Below, in pieces: positions 49,811 to 61,379 of a DNA stretch of 64,000 nucleotides. This stretch comes from Squalus acanthias (Eukaryota): the NCBI GenBank assembly GCA_030390025.1, contig CM059432.1, positions 84,074,001 through 84,138,000 of the forward strand, read 5' to 3'. A program made the position numbers and the translations under genes. Below the pieces are notes generated by a model, which ran no database searches, was not told the DNA's origin, and saw only the letters and a program-made list of their open reading frames with translations. The stretch's first letter is position 1. Every line of letters starts with the position of its first letter.

Positions 49811-52800
49811 ATAGGGTCTAATGAGAGGGAGGAATTGAATTAAATCAGTATTTGTAGGGAAATGGTGTTACAGAAATTGATGGGATTGAAGGCCGATAAA
49901 TCCCCAGGGCCTGATAATCTACATCCAAGGGTACTTAAGGAAGTGGCCCTAGAAATAGTAGATGCATTGCTGGTCATCTTTCAAAATTCTATAGACTCTG
50001 GAACAGTTACCATGGATTGGAGGGTAGCTAAGGTAACCCCACTATTTAAAAAAGATGGTAGAGAAAAAACGGGAAATTATAGACCGGTAAGCCTGACATC
50101 GGTAGTGGGCAAAATGCTAGAGTCCATTATAAAAGATGTAATAGCAGAGCACTTGGAAAACAGTGACAGGATCGGACAAAGTCAACATGGATTTACAAAA
50201 GGTAAATCATGCTTGACTAATCTACTGGAATTTTTTGATGATGTAACTGGTAGGATAGATAAGGGAGAACCAGTGGATGTGGTGTATTTGGACTTTCAGA
50301 AGGCTTTCGATAAGGTCCCGCATAAGAGATTAGCGTGCAAAGTTAAAGCACATGGGATTGGGGGTAAGGTACTGATTTGGATAGAGAACTGGTTGGCAGA
50401 CAGGAAGCAAAGAGTTGAAATAAATGGGTCTTTTTCCGAGTGGCAGGCAGTGACTAGTGGGATACCGCAGGGATCGGTGCTAGGACCCCAGCTATTCACA
50501 ATATAAATTAATGATCTAGACAAGGGAACTAGATGTAATATCTCTAAGTTTGCAGATGACACAAAGCTGGGTGGGCGTGTGTGCTGTGAGGAGGATGCAG
50601 AGAAACTCCAGTATGATTTGGACAGGTTGGGTGATTGGGCAGATGCATGGCAGATGCAGTATAATGTGGATAAATGCGAGGTTATCCACTTTGGTGGCAA
50701 AAACAGGAAGACAGATTATTATCTGAATGGCAAAAGATTGGGAAAAGGGGAAGTGCAACGAGATCTGGGAGTCCTTGTGCACCAGTCGCTGAAGTTAAGC
50801 ATACAGGTGCAGCAGGCGGTTAAGAAGACAAATGGTATGTTGGCCTTCATAGCAAGAGGATTCGAGTACAGGAGCAAGGATGTCTTGCTGCAGTTGTACA
50901 AGGCCTTGGTGAGACCACACCTTGAGTATTGTGTGCAGTTTTGGTCGCCTTATCTGAGAAAGGATGTTCTTGCCATGGAGGGAGTGCAGCGAAGATTTAC
51001 CAGACTGATACCTGGGATGGCAGGAATGACGTATGAAGAGAGATTGGGTCGATTAGACTTATATTCGCTAGAGTTTAGAAGAATGAGAGGGGATCTCATT
51101 GAAACTTATAAAATTCTAACAGGACTAGACAGACTAGATGCAGGAAGGATGTTCCCGATGGTGGGTGAGTCCAGAACCAGAGGTCACAGTCTAAGGATAA
51201 GGGGTAAACCATTTAGGACTGAGATGAGGAGGAATTTCTTCACCCAGAGAGTGGTGAACCTGTGGAATTCTCTACCACAGAAGGCAGTTGAGGCCAATTC
51301 ATTAAATATATTCAAGGAGGAGATAGATATATGTCTTTAGGCTAAAGGGATCAAGGGATATGGGGAGAAAGCAGGGACAGGGTACTGAATTTGGATGATC
51401 AGCCATGATCTCATTAAATGGCGGAGCAGGCTCGAGGGGCCGAATGGCCTACTCCTGCTCCTATCATCTATGCTTCTATATCATTGATGGTTAGAAGGAG
51501 ACAAATTCGGAGTGAGTTGGCAAGACCATGGGCCCTCCCTGTGTGTTGTAAGTTGTTTTCATAGCATCACAGCGATAGGGAGTGTGAGGGCTGCATAGTC
51601 GAATAGTTAGGTGAATGTGACCACACAGAGAGAGGGAATGGGTAAGGGTGCAGGGATGTCAGTGTCAAGTGGGATGTGGAGGAAGAGGTTGTCAAAGTTG
51701 AGTGCTGGTGAGGAGAGGCAATGGGGATCAGAATGAGGGTGATGGAAATTCATACTCACTTTTCCAGTGCGCAGCAGGTCATGAAACCTCTTCCTGCACG
51801 GAAGCCAGGTTCTGCAGGTTATGGACAATGAGTTGACCTCCTCTGCCACCTGGATCCACACAGCCTTGGTTTGATGGGATGGCTTCTTCCTCCCTGAAGA
51901 AGGGAAGAGCACCTCCTTATTAGCTCTGGCTCCCTCAATTAAAGCTTGCAGGGCGACGTCATCAAATCAAGGTGCAGACTTAGGTCTCTGGGTGGCCATT
52001 CTTCCTGCAGGTGCCTCTAACATGCAAAGGCAGAAGCTTGGCAGTCTGCAGAGGAAGCAAGGCTTGTTGCGGACCTTAAATGCTGCAGCAATGATGACAT
52101 CATCGGAAGCGACTTTCAGACTGGAAAAACTCACTGGCCATGGGTTCCCATACGTTGGAACTCAATTGGTCAATTATGTTAAAATCGCATCAATCTCCCA
52201 CATCGATTTAGATTCGGGTGGCTAACATGAAATGCGGATTACATGACCCCAGCCCGCCCCGAATCAAAATCCAGCCCTTTGAGTGGAGTCCTCACTTCGA
52301 TGTCCCCTTTTGCCATCATCCCTCTCATTGGCCAGCCACACTTCATTCCTACTACTCTGCTGGAGAGCAGCTTGGTGATGATCAGTGCGGTGCTGTAAGG
52401 TGAAGGCTAAGGTATCTGTCATCCTATTTAAGGTGCCAGACCTGTTAGCATCTAGAGTGTGCATGGCCGTGGTCAAGGCGTGCATGGACTCAGTTGATTG
52501 CCGCGATTGATGTTCCATGGAGTTGGCCACTCAATCCACACAAGAAGACATCACCGCAATGCCCTGTGACATCAGCCCACTTAAGCTTCAGGTGGACTCC
52601 TCCATTCTCTCATCGTGGACAGTGTGCTTGAACAGTGTCAGTACATTGCACATTTTCTGGTGCTCCTCAATGATTGATTATCCTTTTCATTGACAACTCT
52701 CAGGGTACAGCATCTGTGTCCAGCTGAGCAGTGCTTGGAGAGGCCTGTGACATCTGATGCGGACTCTCCACAGCTGTCCCTACCATCACTGTCTGCTCTT

Positions 52801-52852
52801 GCTCACTTGTGAAGTGTGAGTCACCAGGTGTAAATCCAACTATCAGTCTAAC

Positions 52853-53265
52853 TGCAATAAAAACAGAAAATGCTGGAAATACTCAGCAGGTCAGGCAGCA
52901 TCTGTGGAGCGGGAAACAGAATTAAAGTTTCAGGTCGATGACCTTTCGTCAGAACTGAAAAAAGTTAGAGATGTAACAGGTTTTAAGCAAATGCAGAGGC
53001 AGGGAAAGGGGGAGGGGAGGAAAGAACAAAAGGGTGGAAGGCAGGAGAGGTTAAAAGACAAAAGGGATGATGGTGCGAGGCAAAAGGAGATGGTAATGGG
53101 ACAAGTAAAGGAACAAAAGATCGGTCTAGAAGAGGTGTAAATGGGAATAGCAGAATCATCAACACCTGCCATCTTCCCCTCCCCTCCCCTTTCAGCATTC
53201 CGAAGGGACCATTCCCTCTGTGACACCCTGGCCTACTCCTCAATCACCCCCAACACCCCGTCCCC
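52853..53265 (-). mobile_element. Penelope 3' region inverted (hammerhead core 52920-52956) joined to a sense ORF fragment at ~53160-53265
   Basis: Reverse complement of 31490-31815; IFPSPPLSAFRRDHSLCDTL resembles the PLE RT-endonuclease linker. Confidence 0.8.
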
Positions 53266-55420
53266 TACTAAGATTCTAGATTTGGGTAAGGCCGACTTCA
53301 ACGGGATGAGACGGAGACTGTCCACAGCAAACTGGGCAAATCTGTTAATGGGTAAAATGACAGAAGATCAGTGGGAGATGTTCAAAAAAGAATTTAAGGT
53401 GATACAGAACCAGTTTATACCCCTGAGGGACAAGAGCTCTACTTGTCAAAAAAACCCAGCCATGGACGACTAAAGAGGTAAGGGACAGCATAAAACTAAA
53501 AGAAAAAGCATACAAAAATGCAAAAAATAACACAGATGCTGGCGAATGGGAAAGATAGGGGATGGGGTGTTGGGGATGATTGAGGAGTAGGCCAGGGTGT
53601 CACAGAGGGAATGGTCCCTTCGGAATGCTGAAAGGGGAGGGGAGGGGATCCAAGGAGAGGACATATAAATTGGCCAGAAAAAGCAGTAAACCTGAGGATT
53701 GGGAGCAGTTTAGGATTCAGCAAAGGAGGACAAAGGGATTAATTAAGAGGGGGAAAATAGAGTACGAGTGTAAGCTTGCAGGGAACATAAAAACTGACTG
53801 TAAAAGCTTTTATAAATATGTGAAGAGAAAAAGATTGGTGAAGTCAAGCGTAGGTCCCTTGCAGTCAGAATCAGGGGAATTTATAATGGGGAACAAAGAA
53901 ATGGCAGACCAATTAAATACATACTTTGGCTCTGTCTTCACAAAGGAGAACACAAATAACCTCCCAAATGGTATGTTGGCCTTCGTAGCGAGAGGGTTTG
54001 AGTACAGGAACAAGGATGTCTTGCTGCAGCTGTACAGGGCCTTGGTGAGACCACACCTTGAGTATTGTGTGTAGTTTTGGTCGCCTTATCTGAGGAAGGA
54101 TGTTCTTGCCATGGAGGATGTGCAGCGAAGATTCACCAGACTGATACCTGGGATGGCAGGAATGATGTACGAGGAGAGATTGGGTCGATTGGGCTTATAC
54201 TCGCTGGAGTTTAGAAGAATGAGAGGAGATCTCATTGAAACTTATAAAATTCTAACAGGGCTAGACAGACTGGATGCAGGAAGGATGTTCCCGATGGCGG
54301 GTGAGTCCAGAACAAGAGGTCACAGTCTAAAGATAAGGGGTAAGCCAGTTAGGACAGAGATGAGGAGGAATTTCTTCACCCAGAGAGTGGTGAACCTGTG
54401 GAATTCTCTACCACAGAAGGCAGTTGAGGCCAAGTCAGTAAATATATTCAAGAAGGAGTTAGATATATTTCTTAAGGCTAAAGGTATCAAGGGATATGGG
54501 GAGAAGGCAGGGACAGGGTACTGAGTTTGGATGATCAGCCATGATCTCATCGAATGGCGGAGCAGGCTCGAGGGGCCGAATGGCCTACTCCTGCTCCTAT
54601 CTTCTATGTTTCTATGTAACAGCAAAGGGTCACAAAACAGATAGTAAGAGCTACAAAAAGTGAGTATGAAAAGAAACTTGCAAAGAATATCAAAATCAAC
54701 CCAAATAATTTTTACAATTATAATAGGAAAAAGAGGGTTGGCAGTGTAGATGAAAGCATAAATTTACAATGGAAGATCGACAGATTAAGTAAATGGACAA
54801 AACTGTGGCAAATGGATTTCAATGTAGGCAAATGTGAGGTCATCCACTTTGGACCTAAAAAGGATAGAATAGGGTACTTTCTAAATGGTGAAAAGCTAAA
54901 AATAGTGGAGGTCCAAAGAGACTTGGGGGTCTGGGTACATAGATCATTAAAATGTCATGAACAGGTACAGAAAATAATTAAAAAGGCTAATGGGGAGAGA
55001 TTACACAAATTAGGGTTGTATTCCCTAGAATTTAGAAGGTTAAGGGGTGATCTGATCGAAGTTTTCAAGATATTAAGGGGAACAGATAGGGTAGATAGAG
55101 AGACACTATTTCTGCTGGTTGGGGATTTTAGGACTAGGGGTCATAGGCTAAAATTTAGAGACAGACCTTTTAGGAGTGAAATTAGGAAACACTTCTGCAC
55201 ACAAAGGGTGGTAGAAGTTTGGAACTCTCTTCTGCAAATGGCAATTAATGCTAGATCAGTTGTTAATTTTAAATCGGAGATTGATAGATTTTTGTTAACC
55301 GAATGTATTAAGGGATATAGAGCAAAGGTGGGTATATGGAGTTAGGTCGCAGATCAGCCATGATCTCATTGAATGATGGAGCAGGCTCGAGGGGCTCAAT
55401 GGCCTACTCCTGTTCCTATG
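53266..55420 (+). mobile_element. Patchwork of CR1 fragments from several subfamilies plus an inverted PLE fragment (53557-53647)
   Basis: Abrupt joins, e.g. NTNNLP|NGMLAF at 53965 and KKANG|ERLHKLG at ~54993; 3' tails at ~54617 and ~55420. Confidence 0.85.
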
Positions 55421-56022
55421 TTCCCTTCCCACAGCGCCTTCCTGTGCAAGCGCAGGAGATGCAACACCTGCCCTTTTACATCCACCCTTCCCACCGTTCA
55501 GGGCCCCAAACACCCCATCCAGGTGAAACAGCGATTGACTTGTAATTCTTTCAATTTAGTATACTGTATTCGCTGCTCACGATGTGGTCTCTTCTACACT
55601 GGGGAGATCAAACGCAGATTGGGTGACCACTTTGCGGAACACCTCCATTCAGTCTGCAAGCGTGACCCCAAGCTTCCGGTCGCCTGTCACTTTAATTCTC
55701 CGCTCTACTCCCACTCTGTCTTCGGCCTCATACACTGTTCCAATGAAGCTCAATGTAAGCACCTCATTTTTCTCTTCGGCACTTTACAGCCTTCTGGACT
55801 CAACATTGAGTTCAACAATTTCAGATTATTAACTCTGCCCCCATTTTTATGAATGGCAGTTGTTGATGATTCTGCTATTCCCATTTACACCTCTTTTGGA
55901 CCCATTGCTTTACTTGTCCCATTACCATCTCATTTTGCCTCACACCATCATCCTTTTTGCCTTTTAATCTCTCCTGCCATCCATTCTATCGCAGACCTTC
56001 CCTTTTGTTCTTTCCTCCCATT
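55421..56022 (+). mobile_element. Penelope-like (Neptune-type) GIY-YIG endonuclease fragment and 3' UTR
   Basis: CKRRRCNTC..LTCNSFNLVYCIRCSRCGLFYTGEIKRRLGDHFAEHL..VACHFN..GLN. Confidence 0.9.
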
Positions 56023-57249
56023 TGGTGAGGGTGACTATCAGGGAGAGGCATCAAATTACATAAGGATGAGGGTGAGAGGTAGTGGTGGATGTATAGATGG
56101 GGATGTGAGGAAGTGCATAGAAAGAGAAGGATGGGTGCGCTTGCAAGGTACGTGGATGTGAGGAGTGATGTGATGGAGTAGGCTTGACAAGGCAGAATGG
56201 GGGGGCGGTGAGGTTGATATGCACAACAGATTGTGCAACTGTACTCACCTTTCCTGACCTCATTAAAGCGCTTCCTGCATTGAATCCAGGAGCATGGCAC
56301 AATGCTTCTGCTGCTGACCTTCTTGACCTCTCATTGCTGGGGAAGAGTATCTCTCTCCGGGTTCCTCACAGCTCCCAGCAGTACACCAGGGGAGGCATCG
56401 TTAAAGTGGGGCACAGCCTTTGACCATCCTTAATCCATTGACAATGTTCTTCCTCTCTTGCTTCCAACTCCTAACTCCTCCAAATTCCATCTTTGGATTG
56501 GCCCTTTAAATACTGGAGTTGATATCGCGTCACATGGGGCCGCACCACACCCGCTGCCATGTGATCGACATCAAACCCTGAAGTAAAATGTTAATGAGGT
56601 GCCTGCGTTAAAATACCACAGACGGATGTGCTGAACTTACTTCCGGGTTTCCCATGTGTTATCGAATCCTTCCTGCTACCAACATGCCTTGGAGTTAATA
56701 TCAGAGCCATACTTTTAGCAACCAGTTATAAAACAGAAAACTCAGTAGTTTCGGAGATCCTTTAGACAGTTACATCCCAGTACTGCCATTCATGGGAACC
56801 ATTCTCCCACCAAGTGCTGTTCGATCCATATCATTCTCCTCCTAATTGCTGACAGACACCAAAAATCCACCACTAATATTCCACTTCCAGTTGTGCCAAA
56901 CCTCAGGTTCACCTTCCAAGTTATGCCATGTTTCTCTCCCACAGTGATGCTAGACCAAAAGACTCCCCCAAGCTGCCAAACCCAGCAGCCCCTGTGCAGT
57001 ATTATCCAATTTGAGAATCCCCACCCCAGTACTGCCAAACACCAGGGCTTTTCCCCAGAGCTATCAAAACCCAAGACCATTCCTTGGTGTAATCAAAGCC
57101 CAGGACTCTCTCCATTGCTACCAAAGGGCAGGATTGCCCCCAAGCACATGCAAACCCATCCCCTTCTCCACATTCTGCTAAATACCAGGGCCCAAATAGC
57201 CCAATCCAGAGCCAGGATGCAGAGCAGGAAGATCGGCCGATAGGAGCCG

Positions 57250-59412
57250 GAATCACTATCGCTAGAGAAAAAGTGCTAGGCAGACTTATAGGTCTAAAGG
57301 CTGACATGTCCCCTGGGCCTGATGGCCTGCATCCTAGGGTCTTAAAAGAAGTGGCTACAGAGATAGTGGATGCATTGGTTGTAATCTTCCAAAATTCCCT
57401 TGACTCTGGAAAACTCCCTGCGGATTGGAACACCGCAAATGTAATGCCCTTATTCAAAAAAAGGGAGACAGAAAGCAAGAAACTTTAGACCAGTTAGCCT
57501 AACATCTGTCATTGGCATAATGTTCGAATCCATTATTAAGGGAGTAGTAGCAGGACATTTAGAAAATCATAATACAATCAAACAGAGTCAACATGGTTTT
57601 ATGAAAGGGAAATCGTGTTTGACAAATTTATTAGAGTTCTTTGAGGAGGTAACGAGCAGGGTGGATAAAGGGGAACCAGTAGATGTAGTGTATTTGGATT
57701 TCCAAAAGGCATTCGACAGAGTGCCACATAAAAGGTTACTGCGTAAGATAAGAGTTCATGGTGTTGGGGGTAATATATTAGATTGGATAGAGGACTGGCT
57801 AACTAACAGAAAACAGAGAGTCGGGATAAATGGGTCATTTTCAGGATGGCAATCTGTAACTAGTGGGGTGCCACAGGGATCAGTGCTGGGGCCGCAACTA
57901 TTTTCAATCTATATTAATGACTTCGATGAAGGAAGCGAGTGTATAGTAGCCAAATTTGCGGATGATACAAAGATAGGTGGGAAAGCAAGTTGTGAGGAGG
58001 ACATACAGGGCTGGATTTTCATTGACCCGTGGAGGCAGGTTTGGAGGCATGTGGGGGGTTAAAATTGCGAAAACTGGCGAGCGGGCCCAAGTCCGCCTCC
58101 ATCCCACCTCCACGCAATTTTCATTAAATCGTGTCTGCTGGTCCCGACTCCGCCCCGCCTCTAAGAGGCGGGATAGCTGTTAAGGCCCTTAACAAGCACT
58201 AAATTGCCTTTATAATGCTATTTTGAAAGGCCTTTGTGATTTTAACCCTTTTTCTACGTGAAGCACACCAGTTCTGAACCACGAATGTAAAACCTGGCGG
58301 GAGCACAGCTGGCTGGATATGGGGATGCATATATGGATGGCTATGTGGATGGATGTATATATGGATGGAGAGGAGACATATCTGGGAGTAGTGGTGTAAA
58401 AGTATCTGGGAGCAGACTTAGGACTGCTGCTCATTTTGCAGGTCCTCTCACAGCAAAGGCCAGGCAGTCTTTGAAGACCTTCAATGCAGCAGCAATGATG
58501 ACATCATCAGAGGCGATTTTCAGACTGAAAACACTAATTGGTTCATGGGTTCCCACAAGCTGGAACTCAATTGCCCAATTAGATGAAAATTGCATCAATC
58601 TCCCACATCCAATTGCAGTCGGGTGGATAACACGAAAAGTGGATGACACGACCCCAACCCGCCCCAGTATCAAAATCCAGCCCAAAGAGTCTGCAAAGGG
58701 ATATAGACAGGTTAAGTGAGTGGGCAAGAATTTGGCAGATGGAGTATAATGTGGGAAAATGTGAAGTTATCCACTTTGGTAGGAAGAATAAAAAAGAAAA
58801 ATATTATTTAAATGGAGAAAGACTACAGAATGCGGCGGTACAGAGGGATTTGGCTGTCCTCGTACATGAAACAGAAAAAGTTAACATGCAGGTGCAGCAA
58901 GTAATTAGGAAGGCAAATGGAATGTTGGCCTTTATTTCAAGGAGGATAGAGTATAAAAATAGGGAAGTTTTGCTACAACTGTATAGGGCACTGGTGAGAC
59001 CAAACCTAGAGTACTGCATACAGTTTTGGTCCCCTTATTTAAGGAGGGATATACTTGCATTGGAGGCAGTTCAGAGAAGGTTTACTAGGCTGATTCCTGG
59101 ATGGAAGGCTTGTCTTATGAGGAAAGTTTGAGCAGGTTGGGCCTATACTCATTGGAGTTTAGAAGAATGAGAGGTGATCTTATTGAAACATATAAGATTC
59201 TGAGGGGGTAGATGCTGAGAGGATGTTTCCCCTCATCAGGGAATCTAGAACAAGGGGGCATAGTCTCAGAATAAGGGGTCACCCATTTAAGACAGAGATG
59301 AGGAGGAATTTCTTCTCTCAGAGGGTTGTGAATCTTTGGAATTCTTTACCCCAGAGAGCTGTGGAAGCTGAGTCATTGAATATATTCAAGACTGAGATAG
59401 ACAGATTTTTGA
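57250..59412 (+). mobile_element. CR1 RT fragment interrupted by a MITE
   Basis: [37 protein letters not shown]. Confidence 0.9.
58008..58683. mobile_element. Deletion derivative of the 43742-52277 Harbinger family
   Basis: Perfect 12-bp TIR GGGCTGGATTTT / AAAATCCAGCCC; left part matches 43742-44040, right part matches 51970-52277; TSD ACA/AAA. Confidence 0.9.
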
Positions 59413-59419
59413 GCAAATC

Positions 59420-60670
59420 TGTTAGCGTTTTTTGAAGATGTAACTAGTAGGATGGATAAGGGGGAACCAGTGGATGTAGTGTATTTGGATTTTCAAAAAG
59501 CATTCGATAAGGTGCCACACAAGAGGTTATTACACAAAATTAGGATTCATGGGATTGGGGGTAATATATTAGCATGGATTGAGGATTGGTTAATGGACAG
59601 AAAACAGAGAGTAGGAATAAATGGGACTTTTTCAGGTTGGCAAGCTATAACTAGTGGGGTACCGTAAAGATCAGCGCTTGGGCCTCAGCTATTTACAATC
59701 TATATTAATGACTTAGATGAAGGGATTGAGTGTAACATATCCAAGTTTGCTGATGATACAAAGTTAGGTGGGAAAGTAAGCTGCGAGGAGGATGCAAAGA
59801 GGCTGCAAAGAGATATAGACAGGTTGACTGAATGGGCAAGAACATGGCAAATGGAATACAATGTGGAGAAGTGTGAAGTTATCCACTTTGATAGGAAAAA
59901 CAAAAAAGCAGAATATTTTTTGAATATTGAGAGGCTGGGAAATGTTTGCACTCAGAGGGATCTGGGTGTCCTTGTACATGAATCACAGAAAGTTAACATG
60001 CAGGTACAGCAAGCAATTAGGAAAGCAAATGGTATGTTAGCTTTTGTTACAAAGGGATTAGTGTATAAGTGTTAAGAAGTCTTACTAGAATTATACAGGG
60101 CATTGATGAGGCCACACCTGGAGTACTGTGTACAATTCTGGTCTCCTTACCTAAGGAAAAACATACTTGCCTTAGAGGGAGTGCAGCGAAGGTTCGCCAG
60201 ACTGGTTCCTGGGATGAGGGGATTGCCCTTTGAGGAGAGATTGAGTAGACTAGGCCTATATTCCTTAGAGTTTAGAAGAATGAGAGGTGATCTAATTGAA
60301 ACATATGAACTTCTTAAGGGGCTTGACAGGGTTAATGCTGGGAAAATGTTTCCCCTGGCTGGGGAATCTAGAACACGTGTCACAGTCTCAGAATAAGGGG
60401 TAGGCCATTTAGGAATGAGATGAGGAGAAATTTCTTCACTCAAATGGTTGTGAATCTTTGGAATTCTCTACCGCAGAGAGCTGTGGATGCTCAGTCGTTG
60501 AGTATATTCAAGACAGAGATCGATAAATTTTTGGGAACTAAGGGAATTAAGGGATATGGGGATAGTGCGGGAAGATGGAGTTGAGGTGGAAGATCAGCCA
60601 TGATCTTGTTGAATGGCAGAGCAGGCTTGAAGGGCCAAATGGCCTACTCCTGCACCTATTTCTTATGTTG
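59420..60670 (+). mobile_element. CR1 3' fragment
   Basis: DFQKAFDKVPH, FADDTK, RPHLEYCVQFW, tail TTCTTATGTT. Confidence 0.9.
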
Positions 60671-60814
60671 TTGTTATTTTAATTGCAGTGGGGAGAACCA
60701 AGCGAGCCTTCTACACTCTTCCCCTTTGTCTGGGGGAGCTCCCGGTATAACCCGTTGACTACTGCACATTATATCTATAAAGTTTCAATGAAACTCTTGC
60801 CAGCTAAGAAGTCG

Positions 60815-61137
60815 TTAAAATATTAAGGGTTTTGATAAGGTGGACGTAGAGAAACTGTTTCCACGTGTGGGTGAGTTCAAAATGAGGAGGCATAAATATA
60901 ACATAGCCACTAACAGATCAAATAAATAATTTAGAAGGAATTTCTTTACACAGAGAGTGGTGAAAACTTGGAACTCGCAGCCACATAGAGTGGTTGGAGC
61001 AGATAGCACTGACACATTTATGGTGAGAATAGCTCTTCACCTGATGAAAGGTCATCGAACTGAAAAGTGAACTCTGTTTCTCTCTCTACAGATGCTGCCT
61101 GACTTGTTGAGTAGATCCAACATTTTATGTTTTTAAT
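60815..61137 (+). mobile_element. Short CR1 3' fragment followed by a degenerate Penelope terminal repeat (61041-61137)
   Basis: FRRNFFTQRVVKTWN; CTGATGAAAGGTCATCGAACTGAAA..GATGCTGCCTGAC. Confidence 0.7.
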
Positions 61138-61379
61138 TATAGCACTTCAGCTCTCCAGCTATCTCAACAACTATGCCAGATATGCTGAGCCTTAGCCATA
61201 CGTCGGAGATTCAATGGGGCTTTGTAAGGGACGGAGCCTCGTCTGCCCCTTACAAGGTCAGCGGCGTAGAAAGGAGCAGCGACTCCGAATGCCAGGAGTT
61301 CCCACATCCCCAGCCTCACAGGGATCAGGTGCAGCAGAGCCCCATTCCCTCCTATAATGCCTGCAACCCACTTCTAAAA

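Larger units (their letters stand above)
45387..51480 (+). mobile_element. CR1 LINE (ORF1 end + ORF2) in Myb intron 1, split by three MITEs
   Basis: GTNDI, DGLHL, GEGLN-stop; LNARS, ITETW, SDH, FADDTK; frameshift ~47916, stop 50504; 3' UTR tail. Confidence 0.95.
44283..51999 (-). pseudogene. Myb/SANT-like gene of the inner element; exons 51999-51760, 45326-45167, 45011-44283
   Basis: VLFPSSGRK..W.QVAEEV..CRKRFHDLLRTGK|GTGAGT; TTGCAG|EKRAHNKGERARTGGGPP; coiled-coil-like C-terminus; TGA early in exon 1. Confidence 0.85.
43742..52277 (-). mobile_element. Inner Harbinger element carrying only the Myb-like gene
   Basis: GGGCAGAATTTT / AAAATCCAGCCC, TSD TTT; flanks rejoin as outer Myb exon 3 (homologous to 12590-12640). 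Confidence 0.9.
39383..56708. mobile_element. Outer Harbinger transposon expanded to ~17 kb by nested insertions
   Basis: Left end homologous to the reverse complement of 15540-15702; transposase + (39821-39930, 42319-43150); Myb - (56250-56440, 52281-52850, 43480-43741); ends approximate. Confidence 0.75.

Noticed and set aside
2694..60443. Many 60-160 aa antisense or alternative-frame ORFs over CR1, L2 and Harbinger sequence
   Set aside because: Shadows of transposon coding sequence that recur only because the repeats recur
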